Shown here piece after piece: positions 1 through 12,136 of a stretch of 43,862 nt of DNA; position 1 is the first letter of the stretch; every line of letters starts with the position of its first letter. The notes under the pieces are model-generated. The model was not told the origin of the DNA. It ran no database searches and worked only from the letters and a program-made list of their open reading frames with translations. The DNA comes from Catajapyx aquilonaris (lineage: Eukaryota). The stretch spans positions 1 through 43,862 of the forward strand of contig JYFJ02003302.1 in the NCBI GenBank assembly GCA_000934665.2, written 5' to 3'. Both the position numbers and the translations under genes were made by a program.

Positions 1-1113
1 CATATGTTGGGTTAGCTTGCATCTCCCTTCATCGCTGACTACCCCTCATAGGGAAATGTCGTGATGTTGTTGTTGTTGTTGTTGTTGTATTATTATTGAC
101 TGTATGTCTAGTCGCCATTATTTTATTTTATTATATATCATTACTGTTCCATAGCACAAAATCGCCTAGAGTTATAGTGTACAGCGTTAATATTCTTCAC
201 AATTCAGAAGCATATTTTAGTATTTTACCAACTGCTTCTTTTTAGACACGGAACTGCAATAATAGCCTACACAAATCACATCAATGATGGATTCACTTTG
301 TTCCTCGGTGTTGATTTTATGCTGGCAGACTCCTCTTCTTCCTCGTCAGCCGGTTTGCTGACTTTGGCAATGATACTGCCCACAAAAAAATCCGAAATCT
401 TCCGTTTTGCCATTTTCCTCAGGAGAGCACTTCTCGAGTCCGATCCGCCTCTCTTGCCAACTGCGACTCAAAATCAGTCGAAAGACTATCTAAGACTATT
501 TCGAAACTTCTCTCTCTCCCCTGTCCCCCCCCCCTCCCCCTCAACCGTCAAGGCCTCAATGCACTCATGACTTATACCGGTCATCGACTTTGGACCTTCT
601 TCACCACACCTTCCCTGTTCCCTCCACCTTCCTCCTAATTAGGTCCATCCTGCCCCGCTTTCCCCTCCTCTACATCTGGCTGTGATCCCTTCCTGCTATC
701 CTGCAACCTTATTTACCCCAACTTGGAACTTGAACTTGACCCCCGGAGTGAGGACCCCAATAAATACCAGGCGCGCTTCATGATAATGAGCCACCAACCG
801 AATCAGCACTGCAGGAACGAAATTGAAAATACGAGGCAGAAATACAGTATTGGGAGGGAAAGCTAGTCGACAAAGTGGCGACTAGCCATCTTTATTCAGT
901 CGCCAATGGATAACCTAAAGTCGCGAAATGCCACTGGCGACCGGTTAATTTCGAACCCTGGACTATAGGTGCGTTTTTCATCCCTTGGGGTGGGCGACCA
1001 ATGCACCGAATTTCAAGAAAATCGGTGAGGTTGGAATTTGAATAGTTGAAAAATGACCCAAGTTGGCAGGGAAAATCTCTGGACATCATATGATGTCCGT
1101 AGGCATCAAAGGG
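1..1113 (-). mobile_element. piggyBac-like element end (non-autonomous or decayed; other end not seen in window)
   Basis: Terminus reads TTAA|CCCTTTGATGCCTACGG on the - strand (TTAA at 1114-1117), with a subterminal palindrome GGACATCATATGATGTCC (1081-1098). A short - strand ORF MAKRKISDFF...DEEEEES near 280-415 resembles an acidic transposase N-terminus. Left extent is uncertain. Confidence 0.5.
65..87. repeat. (GTT)n microsatellite
   Basis: Direct reading of tgttgttgttgttgttgttgttg. Confidence 0.9.
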
Positions 1114-1129
1114 TTAATTGAAAGTATAT

Positions 1130-1800
1130 ACCTTTATTCACTTGACGAACACATTTTCACTTGGTCAAATTGATGTGTACGTGCACCATTGTGATCCACA
1201 TACAATGCAGCGCACCTCCATGTCCTTCGTGACATGAGATGGAACTGTCCCCAAATCCTGACATGTGGTGGATTACTTTTCAACTCTTTAGCATATTGAA
1301 GATTTGTCTTTGGCTAAAAGACAACATTTTTGGCATGCGAACTGCAGTATATTGCACATTTATCAGAAAAAAGAACCTTTGCACGGGACCTTTCAGTTGT
1401 AAATTTGTCTAACCAAGCACTGCAGGAAGCAATGCGACATGTCATGTCTGCATCTGATATTTCATTCACAAATATGTGGTCTCTCATTGTTGACCTGGGT
1501 ATTTGAAATTCAGCAGCTCGTGTGTGAGTTGATTTCATCAGGTATTGTTCATTGGAATCGGAAATAGCAGCACATGTTTAAAATCGTCTTAATTTTCCGC
1601 ACCGCGACATGTCATTTTCTAATCTAAACGCACGTTTTTCTCAAGCAGAAATTGTTCTCGGAAAAAATCGCGAGTTTTGGACTACAAAATATTTCATAAA
1701 TAAACCGGATCAACCAGATTAACTCGAATGAAATCCCTAACTATACAAGTTCAAACCGGCTCAATATTGCTTCAGATTTTCAAGATACAGGTGTTTGAAT
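1130..1800 (-). mobile_element. Decayed Tc1/mariner transposase fragment
   Basis: - strand translation ...RAAEFQIPRSTMRD...KVLFSDKCAIYCS...PPHVRIWG resembles the HTH, FSDE and V-W-G motifs of IS630-Tc1-mariner transposases; interrupted by stops. Confidence 0.6.
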
Positions 1801-2448
1801 TTTAACGCAGGAAATAATGGCTGCACCTCCACGTTCCAAAGACGATTAGTAATTAATACTCTAATGTTGATTAGCATTATGAGTTATTTTTTGTTTGTAA
1901 TACTTAGAAAACTTATGAATGATGATGTCGATGTGGAAATATAGGCATATTTTTTACTTTCCTTGTCTGAGGGTGGTGTTGAAACCGGGTGTCCCCTATG
2001 AGGGACACTAGGCAAATGCACCACATGTGGACCGGCAAGTCAAGTACTGGTACTGTAGGCTACTGTATGTGATGTGCGGATTTTGTGCGTTTTGTCGAAC
2101 TGAATTTTTATGAATCCCTATTTTTAAAACGAGGGTTACCCGACAAGTGGGTTACCATGGGAACCATGGTAGCTATGGTAACCCATTGCCATGTACAATC
2201 AAACATACATGCATACAAACTTTCTCTTTTGGATACAGTGAAACATGTGAATAGCACGGTGCCCTAAAAATCGTAATTGACAAGTTTCCGCTGAAAATTA
2301 CGATTTTCCTAGTCATCAGCACCAAACGGGAAAGAGTGGAAGTGAACGCTGCAACGCCGCAAAGCATTGTGGGCAGAGAGTGGGGGAAGAAAAAAAGTGG
2401 CGCTGTTGTTGCGGATCGCGCGTGAACCATTTAACGATGTCGGATATA

Positions 2449-3017
2449 CAGGGTGTATCTGAACTCAGTGCCCCGACGTATATGACTGCCTTCCTAGCCA
2501 CCAGAGGATCAACTTATGTAGAGGAGTCATTATGTCTGGGCAGCCTCATTACTGAGATACACTCTTTAGCGATTTTTGCCTAATCGCTCCTTCCGACTTT
2601 AAATAGAATTTTCTGGTGTAACTAGCCAAAGAGGCCTTACCACCTGTGGGCAACAAACCAACAAAGTCCGGCCCCCAGACCTTCCAGAGCCTTCTGACTG
2701 GGGGAGGGCTCGATGGGTGGCCTAACCGACAGGATATTTTGTACTACATGTTTGCAGCCAATTGTCTCTGTAATGCGGCGGCCATACATAATGACTCCTC
2801 TCCATAAGTTGATCCTCTGGTGGCTAGGAAGGCAGTCATATCCTCCTGAGACCTGATGTCCAATATATTGGACATCAGCAAAAATAAAAAAGTGTCAACT
2901 GAAATTGACGCCTTTTTTTTTTTTNTTTTTTTTTTTTTTTTTTTGCTGATGTCCAATATATTGGACATCAGGTCTCAGGAGGATATATGTCGGGGCACTG
3001 AGTTCAGATACACCCTG
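2449..3017. mobile_element. Tc1/mariner-type MITE with long TIRs
   Basis: TA|CAGGGTGTATCTGAACTCAGTGCCCCGAC ... GTCGGGGCACTGAGTTCAGATACACCCTG|TA, TIRs about 100 bp. The right TIR is interrupted by a second MITE. Confidence 0.9.
2841..2983. mobile_element. Small MITE (TCCTCCTGAGACC termini) nested in the right TIR of the 2449-3017 MITE
   Basis: TA|TCCTCCTGAGACCTGATGTCC ... GGACATCAGGTCTCAGGAGGA|TA. Removing it plus one TA restores the host TIR. Confidence 0.9.
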
Positions 3018-3089
3018 TATATAGTACGGTATATCAGCCGTTTCCGCTATATTTGACATGGTATTTATGTCCTATACATACGCCCGTTC

Positions 3090-3645
3090 CCAGATAATTT
3101 CGCAATGGACAGGTTTTTGTAACACTCAGGGTACGTTATGGACAGGTTTCCCTACATATTTATCTCGAGTGAATCCTGTCCATAACGGACCCTGAACGTA
3201 ATGGAAACTTGCCTATTGCGGAATTTTTCTGGTAACGGGCGTACATGAAAAGTACACGATTTCCGCGTCGAATATAGTGGAAACTTGCTCATTACGGAAC
3301 ATTTTATCATCCCGTGAATTTCCCCCATGCGCAGATTTCACTGAATATAGCTAGATGGGAAGTAAAACCTGTCCCAACGGACCCTGTGTATAACGGAAAC
3401 TTGCCTATTGCGGATTTTTCTGGTAACTGGCGTATGGAAAGTAGACGATTTCCGCGTCGAATATAGCAGAAATTGTGTAATTTTCATATGCCAGTTACCA
3501 GAAAAATTTCGCAATAGGCAAGTTTCCATTATACACAGGGTCCGTTGTGGACAGGATTCACTGTATATTTATATACAGCGAAATCTGTACATATCTGAAT
3601 AGCACGTGACTCTAAAATTCCGCAATGAACAAGTTTCCGTTATAC
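3090..3645. repeat. Cluster of direct and inverted sub-repeats
   Basis: Units such as GGAAACTTGCCTATTGCGGA.TTTTTCTGGTAAC, CGATTTCCGCGTCGAATATAG and ACGGACCCTG recur on both strands (about 3200, 3395, and inverted at about 3490-3550). Confidence 0.75.
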
Positions 3646-4155
3646 CCTCCTGAGACCCGAGCAGCCATTTGTGCAATTATTTAGTAATACTTTGAAAGAA
3701 CCTTCTGTAGTGGAGGTGTAGAAGCCATTTTTCAGAATTTCATATTTTTGTTGCAATCACTTATTGCAAAATTAATATCATATATATAGGACATTGGGTC
3801 TTAGCTATAACATTCCTTCTCTATATTTTTCAATGAATTTAAAAAAAAAAAAACACTTTCATCTTTATTTTAATACAGCAGCCTATACCTTACGTTTTCC
3901 TTGTACAGTATAGCCATACTAGAGGTTATATTTGCCGAGTGTCCCCTATAGGGGAAGGCACTTTTCTTACAATCTAGCATTCCAGAATTTTTTTTATCAT
4001 TTTTGTTGTGTTTTGGGGACTATCATGAACTAATAAAAACAAACAAAAACCAAAATTTAAACAAAAAATTTTTCAGGCATATCTGGGTTAAGCAAGAATA
4101 AAGGTACCATGCCAGATGCCCCGTGGGAGGTGCACTAAACACAATTATGAATTAT

Positions 4156-4434
4156 GAGGGCGACACGGTGGCCGAGTGGTTAGCGCCACAGCCTTCCACC
4201 TCTTAAGGTCCCGAGTTCGATCCCCGGGTCGGACGGAGGATACTTATGTGGATAGAGTTTCGATGGGTTCTCTCCGTGTTCGCGTGGGTTTTCTCGGGGT
4301 TCTCCCGTTTCCTCCCACTATCAAAATCCATCACATTACAGGCAAATGATTAAAGTCGGGTATTCAAAATATGATCCCCTAAGAGGCCCAAGGGGCCTAT
4401 CACGGGGTATCCATTATTATTATTAATAATAATT
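4156..4434 (+). mobile_element. tRNA-derived SINE, family A (V-domain-like core), full length
   Basis: Pol III A box (GGTGGCCGAGTGG) and B box (GAGTTCGATCC); core TTCTCTCCGTGTTCGCGTGGGTTTTCTCGGGGTTCTCCCGTTTCCTCCCAC; (ATT)n tail; 13-bp TSD AATTATGAATTAT at 4143-4155 and 4435-4447. Confidence 0.92.
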
Positions 4435-5318
4435 AATTATGAATTATAATTATAGATCATGGAAATCTGTTCAGGATGTTTATGATGTAGGCCTACAGTG
4501 CCATCTTCGTGGAAAAGACAACCATTGTGAATTGCCAGTGTTCAAGATGCTCAAGTGACAATCCCATGCACAGCTCCTTCAGATCCATAGGCACCTTGGT
4601 ACCCACTATGCTCGTCTTGTGGCACTCCAAATATTGATGGACAATAATTGTCCATCAATTATTGTGAACACTGCACTACAACTAAGGCTGACCATTGCAG
4701 CCAAGAGAGATGCACCCAGCAATCCTTGCTTTATCAGCTAGTACACATGACCAGTGAATACCCAAGTGCCTGACTGGATCAGGAGCTGCATATGGGATTG
4801 TCACTGGAACAGCTTCAGCGCTGGCACCACTCCATGAATGTGTCTTTTCCACGAAGCTGGCACCATAGGCCAACATCATAAGCATCCTCCAATGGATTTC
4901 CATGGGTTTATTCGGGTCTATTGCCCTCGGCTGTCTGAAATTGCTCCGATCCCGCTTGTACACGCATGACGCCATCTTGGAATGGCTGCGGCAGCATGCG
5001 TGGTATGCCTGCACAGACTCGGAACTATGCATTTAGAAGGTGTTGATACTATCTTGCTATGGTGGCACCAGAAACACTGATGGCGGGCGCCGCCATGTGT
5101 TTGCATTGAATAATATGAAGCCTTTCTTCACATGAGACACGACTTTACTAGCACTCAGACGTGCATTTTGTGACTAGCTCGGCTGTCGCCATGTCTGTGG
5201 TGGCAAACAAATCTGCAACATACGGCCCAAGAAGCACGCGCAAATTTATGTGGTGGCTCATCCATGGTGGCCTCGTGCAAGGGAGGCCTAAGGTAAGGTT
5301 TAGCCTGACATTTGCCCC

Positions 5319-6126
5319 AGGGGCCATCCATAATCCGCGTTGACATATTTTTTCACTTATTTACCTCCCCCTCTCCCCTTTGCTGACAGAAGCGGACAAT
5401 ATCTTACCTCTCCCCCCCCCCCCCCCAAACCCCACTGCCGGCCCCCCCCCTCACCCCCCCCCCCCCCCCCCNAAGTGTTATTTTCAATAGGCCTACATTT
5501 GTATTTTTTGATATCTACTCACAAATTTGACAAATTTGGTATATTTGACGGGTCTGACTAAAAAAACGGCCAAGTCCTTATTATTAATTTGACGTTTATT
5601 GAGGCACGTTACATGACGCCGCTTCGAGGCGGTTCGGAAAGGTGCGCAGCTTACAGAGCAGCATCTCGGGCATGTAACATGTGAAAATGCGCATCAACTG
5701 AACTGAGCAGCCAGTGAGCCGCAGCCAGTTGAACAACCATTTACCTGCGCATCAAAAGGTTTGATGTCCACCACTCACCTTTTAGAGGATTACTACTGCC
5801 TTATCGCTTGACCCTTCTTTTCTCCAACTCCAAAATTTCCCAAATTACTGGTTTTCGAAGTGGGTGGGGATCAGCAGCGGGAGGGGGAGAAGGGGTCAGG
5901 GGGACTCCACTGCTTTCAGAGGCCAGACATGCAACACGTTGCCGAAGGGGCACCTTTCCGATTCGTATTGAAATAGAAGCGAAGCGACTGTCCATGTAAC
6001 GCAGCTCTAAGTCTGCTCGTACAACAGACTCCTACCCCCACCCCCCTGTAAGGACAAACGCGGACAAAGTGCAACCCCCCGCACCCCCTTCACTTGTCCG
6101 TGCGGATTATGGACGGCCGGCCCCCT
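5319..6126. mobile_element. DNA-transposon-derived element with GGGGCCATCCATAATCCGC termini
   Basis: Left AGGGGCCATCCATAATCCGCG matches the inverted right GCGGATTATGGACGGCC..CCCCT. Confidence 0.65.
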
Positions 6127-6157
6127 ATTAGTTAAGTCTGTTGTTTGCATTACTAAT

Positions 6158-6410
6158 AATAATAATGGATACCACCATGATAGCCGCTGGACCTTTTAGG
6201 GTATCATCTTTTAAATACCCAACTTTAATCATTTGCCTGTACTCCAATGGGTCTTGATAGTGGGAGGAAATGGGAGAGCCCCGTGAATGCGAACATGGAG
6301 AGAACCCAACCAAACTCTTTCCACATAAGTATCTTCTGTCCAACCCGGGGATCTAACTCAGAACCTGAAGTGGAAGGCTGTGGCGCTAACCACTACACCA
6401 CCATGCTGCC
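6158..6410 (-). mobile_element. SINE family A copy
   Basis: Reverse complement matches the 4156-4434 head, core and tail; imperfect TSD TGTT.GTT.GCATTACTAAT on both sides. Confidence 0.88.
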
Positions 6411-6429
6411 TGTTTGTTGGCATTACTAA

Positions 6430-7250
6430 TGAAACAACTAAAGGTCGGTATCCACGTAAAAGATTTCTCGCACACGAGGAGCCAACTGCGCATGACCAGA
6501 TCCAAGGAAAGAGAAAAAGCAGAAAATTTTTAACTTTAATCCCCTTGCCGAAGGACCAGAGGGCCCTTGAGGTGACAGATTCCGTCTCGACGTAAAATAT
6601 TCCTCGCTCTAGAGGACTCTTGCCCAAGAAACTCGTATGTCAAAACCGGCCTTAACTGGCCGAGGACTTGCAATAGTTACCTTTGCTGATAATCCTGTGT
6701 CCATTGATACGTTTAAAATCGTGAAATGTGACCCTACGCAATAGTTAAACTTGGGCCCCTGACAAGCATCGCCTTAACAAAGGACAAAGCGTCACCCCCT
6801 TTTATTAACATGCCGAAACCTGCCTCAAACTTTGGACGGGTCTGGGACCGGGCCACATGTCCCCGACTCCTACACAAAGGACCAGCCCACCGCAGGGGCC
6901 ATTTCCGTCCAGATATGCCGAATTTCCTTTTTCCCACCCACCTGTTCCTCCCTGAGCACAACAGAAAGTCACCTTACCTCTTCCACCAACGTATGTTGTC
7001 CAACCAAAGGCAGGGATGCCCCAGGCCCTCGGCTAGGCTGGTCTTCCTTTGTCTGAATTCGAGAGTCTATCAACAGGCTTCTTGTCTCGATACCCAAAAG
7101 GAGCCGAATGCGAATGACCTAGCAGCGATCTCCCCGTCAGGAGTTGGCGTGGGTTACCCGTCGGCTGCTTTGGCGCCTACGATTCCCATTGGCCGAGAAG
7201 AACAGCGGGGAAAGGAGCAGTAGGACACATCCTGGTTGATCACCCTGCGC
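6430..7250 (-). mobile_element. Possible decayed LTR-retroelement gag/protease fragment
   Basis: - strand CRSRGHVARS resembles a degenerate zinc knuckle, followed by RNILRRDGICHL resembling the retropepsin NLLGRD motif; GC-richer than flanks. Confidence 0.35.
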
Positions 7251-7811
7251 ACCTGAGGAGGACGATTATTGGGCGGTGGGTCAGCCATGTTGCAGAACTT
7301 CAATCACGTGATGTGTTTCTGCTATCCTGATTGGTCAGTTTGAAAAAGATGTGAACTATGGAGGCTTGCATGAGGCTTCAAAGCATGTCAAGACATCCAC
7401 CTACGCAGCTGCCTGAGATTGTAATTTTTAAAATATATGCAGGGGTGGTACACACCGATATGATTTATCATGAACAGTATACTGAATTTTTACGGGTAAA
7501 AAGATCTGCTTATGCTAGACCGGCCTGGACAATGGACAATCTGGCAACCTCTGTGGCGGGATCGTCTCGGATTGGCTGTTGCAGGCGGCTAGGAATAGTT
7601 ACGATCACTGCGGCTTGGTGGCTCTGTAGTCGTAATTACATATTATGTCGCAATTCTCATTGGGAAGTAACATGTAAGTATAAATAAGTCTGGATTTATA
7701 TTTATATTTATAATAACAAATGTTGGTATGCGGGAATTCATAAATGCACAAATTGCACAAACTTTTAGAGTGTCTACCGGTGACTACTGAGTCGATATTG
7801 TCATTTCCGTC

Positions 7812-7884
7812 ATGGACGCCAAACCGAAGGTTGATTTGGGCTTGTTGGAGGAAGATGATGAGTTTGAGGAATTTCCAGCTGAAG
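7812..7884 (+). CDS. SEM1: 26S proteasome complex subunit SEM1/DSS1, exon 1
   Basis: MDAKPKVDLGLLEEDDEFEEFPAE followed by a GTGAGG donor; LLEEDDEFEEF is the DSS1/Sem1 signature. Confidence 0.97.
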
Positions 7885-8749
7885 GTGAGGGCACTGTTTC
7901 GTACGACTAGCATGTGCAGAACTGTTCATGTACATATGCTGAGTATGATTTTTTTTTTCTTTTCAATCGTTATGGAAGGCTAAATATGATGGTTACCTCA
8001 ATCTTTGTGCAAGTCATGGAAAGCTACATGATGTGAAACGTGATTATTTTTTGGTATAGGTGCTTGATAATGGAAAGAGTGAAACTACACATTTGGGAAT
8101 TGCAAAAAAAGCTGCTTTATTTGCAAATTTGCATTTTTTGTGTTTAACTGTTACCAGATCACCAGACAAGAATGTGCACTGTTGCACACCAGGGAATGTA
8201 CTGACACAAGTCAACTAAGTTTCATTTAATAGCATTTTGTTGCCTTAAATAGGTTAATATAAGTTAATAGGAAAATACGTAAAAATTTATAGAAGTGTTT
8301 CAAATTGTTGCAGCATTTAATGCCAATGGTAACCGTGAAGTTTGGAGCAAAACCAACAATAGTGCAGCCTGGCCATAGTTCCCACCACCAGTGTAATAAT
8401 TGGCCAAATACAAGTAAAAAATGTAGGGGTGAAAAATGTTGAGTGACCAGTGCATAATGAGATTAACAATCTAACAACTTTTACTTCCTCTAGAGACCAA
8501 GACACACGTGATAACCCATATTGGCTACCTAGGGAGCAGAATAAGAGTGTGATATAGGTTACTGTCAGAAATTGCTAAAATGTGTGTGAGTAGCCAAGGG
8601 TTGCATCAATAATTGTTGGCATATAAAATCTTGAGTGTTGGCATAAAACATCAAAGATAAAAATGAATCATGAAAAATATCCCATTCTTTCTCACTCACT
8701 CGAGTTTGGTTTTTGTTCTTTCACACTAACAAATTATGCTTTTTTTCAG

Positions 8750-8846
8750 ACTGGATGGGAAAAAATCAGACAGAGGAGGATGTTAACGTCTGGGAAGATA
8801 ATTGGGAAGACGACACCGTTGAAAGTGATTTTAATGCCCAGTTACA
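8750..8846 (+). CDS. SEM1: SEM1/DSS1 exon 2
   Basis: ACTAAC branch point and TTTCAG acceptor; [38 protein letters not shown] donor; phases match. Confidence 0.97.
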
Positions 8847-8982
8847 GTAAGTCTTTTTCACGGGGTGGCAGTGGATGAAAGTGTTGAGTATGACAGAACT
8901 CTACCTATAGCTGGCCCAGTGTGGAGATGAACTGACATGTTTGAAAGACATGTATGTTTTTATGAAGTTTATTTTATTACAG

Positions 8983-9013
8983 GGAGGAGTTGAAGAAGAA
9001 GGGATTTAAATAA
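8983..9013 (+). CDS. SEM1: SEM1/DSS1 exon 3 (66 aa total)
   Basis: TTACAG acceptor; QEELKKKGFK then TAA. Spliced CDS is 201 nt. Confidence 0.95.
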
Positions 9014-9132
9014 GCATGGCATGGAAGGAAGCATACCATCAACAAGAAACCATCTCATGCTGCACCTGCCAGTGAAAGGTGTTCTGCTTTTCAAAATATC
9101 AGTTTCATATTCATGTTCATTAACTGCTAAGC

Positions 9133-9138
9133 AATAAA
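9133..9138 (+). terminator. Probable SEM1 polyadenylation signal
   Basis: AATAAA about 120 nt after the stop, followed by GT/T-rich sequence. Confidence 0.65.
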
Positions 9139-9321
9139 GCATGCCTTCTGTATGTCTCGTATGTCTTTACATATGAATTCCAAATTATTTTCACGAAAAT
9201 ACATAAGAGGTGGTTACTTATTTAAACTTTAGATGGTGCTCAGCCTGCCAACTAGCAGCCAAGGCATTATTTTAATTTTTAAACCAATTTAGGATTGAAT
9301 TCCCTGTACTTCAGTGTAGGT

Positions 9322-9703
9322 CAGTGCTTCCAAAATTGTGGGTCGCGACCCCATGCGGGGTCGCGAAAATAATATTTGGGGTCGCGAGGGAGGGTAACAT
9401 TATTTTCACAAAATGATGCTATCTTTCTTGAAAATCGTGACCATAACCTCCTGAGACCCCTAGTACACCTTTCAATCACCTTTGTTTTTGTTTTTTTTAC
9501 ACGTTTGAGTTAGACAGAGGGTGCTGGAAAAAACAAAGGTACAGTATACTGTACCAGGGGTCTCAGGAGGATAAGGTAAGGTCATTTCACTGCTATTACC
9601 TGTCTTTTCATGTTGGCGGATCGAAATGTGCACATATAGGGGGGTCGCAAATTTTACAAGACGATTTTTTGGGGTCACCAGCGAAAGAAATTGGGAAGCA
9701 CTG
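9322..9703. mobile_element. hAT-like MITE carrying a nested MITE
   Basis: CAGTGCTTCC ... GGGAAGCACTG termini with GGGTCGCG subterminal repeats; TSD degenerate. Confidence 0.75.
9446..9571. mobile_element. Small MITE of the CCTCCTGAGACC family
   Basis: TA|ACCTCCTGAGACCCC ... GGGGTCTCAGGAGGA|TA. Confidence 0.85.
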
Positions 9704-10159
9704 GCTCGTAGGTGTTGGTTGTTTTCCTACCAGTGAATATTTTTGAAGAATGCATCTCTTGATCAAGTATACAGAAAATAATTGCTATACAGTTCATTGT
9801 AGCATTCCTTTGCTCCAACGTTGGGATGCCTGGGGAAGTAAATTTTGCAGAGTCATGCCTATTGAGCATATGTCCTTCCAAAACTGGAGTGATCCTATCT
9901 CTGAGTCCAATCTTCACAACCTTTCTGCTGTGGTGCAACTCGTGTCAACATCCAGAAATACGACACTTATCAAAGGAAAGGGTTGTGAACCAGTGGTTCA
10001 GTTGCTCTGTGGTTTCAGGACGGCTCTGGTATACTAGTGCAACTCTACAAGCATGAATGCTATCAGATGGGGAACTGCTTTCAGGAGTAGGCGAGGAGGG
10101 CCAATTGGAGGAAGCAGGGAGGTGATTTGAAGAATTCACCATAAGGTTTTACCAGGACA

Positions 10160-10380
10160 TGTTTAGTTTAGTTTATTTACCCAGTGGGCCGGTGGACCTT
10201 ACAGGGAGGCTCCCATCTCCTACAATATTATCAGTACAATATACGTAGAGCCTTAGTACATAAACATAATCATTTAAACGGCATATGCCTGGAATAATGT
10301 GTCAGGAAAAATCAAGGTAGAAACATGCCATTAATGATTCCTGAGCTCAACAAAACAAACATTATAATAATATATCAGAA
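10160..10380 (-). mobile_element. Probable LINE/SINE 3' end fragment
   Basis: - strand GGGAGCCTCCCTGTAAGGTCCACCGGCCCACTGGGTAAATAAACTAAACTAAAC: a GC-rich terminal segment followed by a short-repeat tail. Confidence 0.4.
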
Positions 10381-10671
10381 ATATTATGTAAATGTACTGC
10401 AATTTGGGAGAACCTGGCGAGTTGGTGTATAAGTTGAGGATCAATATTACTAAATAGAAGGTGAACAACATTTACCGGAACACTGGGGAGACCAGGACAG
10501 GTTTATGAAGTGTAGTAGTGGGGTCTTGGAGTTACCTTCTTAGGGCCACAGGTACAGCCCTGAGAAGCTGCGTGCCTTCTCTGACCTTTCTTTATCCAAC
10601 TCAAATTAATTGACTCTTTTTGGATGGAGTTAGCTGCTTTAGGCATGTGTTCGTGTATTTATAACAGTATA

Positions 10672-11448
10672 CAGTAAAATCTCGTTTTAGCGAATACCAA
10701 TACAACGAAATTTTAATGGAACGCAATAAAAAGAAAATTTTGGTTGGCCAGCCGTAAGAGCAATGTATTTGTAATCCCGTTATTACGAAATGCGTAACTA
10801 CGAAATTTTCAGTACAATGAATACGAAATATGGTTCTCTGGCTAGTATTGAACCCAATATAACAAAATATGCACTAGTGAAATGCTCCGCCACACATGCT
10901 CCATATAGCGATAAGCAAGTGCGCTGTACAACGAGTACTAGTGTGCCAGGAGTTGACAGATTCGGACTTACTTGCAGGGATGGCGCCAAGAAGTACCGAT
11001 GTGGTCCCCACACATGACTCAGATGACAGTGACAACGAGGGTGAAGAAGTGGGGGGATGAGCATCACGAAGAGACAATGACAATCAGAGATGCACTTTCT
11101 GCAATGGAACTAGTCAAGCGCTTCTTGACCACTCGCGTTGACATCCCGGATCCAATCTTCTATCACGTTGCTGTTGTTGAAACTTAACTAATGACAAGTG
11201 AATCCCGACGCTTGGTTCAAACCAAAATGACTGCTTTTCTGGACAGGGCATAATTTTATTTATTTATTTTTGACTTATTTGACCTATCTCCCTCTTAATT
11301 CACAATTCGGGAGATCAGAAGTGATATTTGTTTGTAACCTCTAAGGCACACTGCATTTAGGAAATAAAAATCTCGATTTAACAAAATTCCGTTATTACGG
11401 AAAGATTTGCCCTGTCCCGCGGGCTTCGTTGTAACGAGATTTTACCTG
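10672..11448 (+). mobile_element. pogo/Tigger-like internally deleted element
   Basis: TA|CAGTAAAATCTCGTT ... AACGAGATTTTAC(C)TG|TA; retains a Tigger-type C-terminus DALSAMELVKRFL...QTKMTAFL. Confidence 0.85.
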
Positions 11449-12136
11449 TATTTGATATAGTAATAGCTGAGATTGGCAGAGCACCCTGCCAAAGGGGAGG
11501 GCCTGCTGTCTCCAACTTTATGCTCGGGACTGGACTGTACAGCAATAATATACCAGATAGTAGATGTTGTATTGTTAGCCAGTTGGCACACCTGAGAGAG
11601 GTCAACTGGCATTGTTGTTGGTAGTCAGTCAATAAATAATTCTGATAGACTCAGGACGTGCCTGACTCAAGGGGGTCTGTCCGAGGGCCGCCCAAGGGCT
11701 CCTAGGGCTCTATCAGCACAGATGTGACAGTTTTGCAGAGAAGTGATGCATAACTCAACAGATGGTTAACCATCCATTTGGCAAACAAGTTGTTGATAGT
11801 TGATTCGCAGTGGATGAGAAATGCCTGAAACTAAAATTATCACTAGCAATACTTGCACACAATTAGCTGGGCAAGTATGTGATGCGTTGATGCCATTTCA
11901 GTGATGGTAGAGTACGTATGATGTAACACTGGAAGGAAAGGTAGGGGAATATAACTCTGGAAGGGGTGGTGGATGGGGGTGCATGGAAATGTTCCATTTA
12001 TGCATCCATTTTGTTTGTTGATACACATGAATATGTGGCATATTGAATGGGTTCCAAGAATCTGGCTCCTTTCAGTTACACAAATTTCCTTTCTTTTGCA
12101 TAGTGTTTTGTGCTCGCATTGAGGTGGTCAATTATA

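Noticed and set aside
2744..3056. Paired ORFs starting MSNILDIS on both strands
   Set aside because: Artefact of the palindromic TIRs of the nested MITE.
3090..3645. CRISPR-like repeat array
   Set aside because: Units vary in length and orientation, there are no regular unique spacers and no cas genes, and the context is eukaryotic.
4156..4230. tRNA gene-like sequences (also about 6340-6410, 22460-22510, 23400-23470, 27670-27735)
   Set aside because: They have A/B boxes but are SINE heads or head remnants, mostly continuing into core, tail and TSD; no complete cloverleaf.
5340..5561. Polyproline ORF
   Set aside because: Arises from poly-C runs containing an ambiguous base inside a transposon-derived element.
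6810..7223. 137-aa + strand ORF upstream of SEM1
   Set aside because: No recognisable family or splice support; probably the antisense of a retroelement relic.
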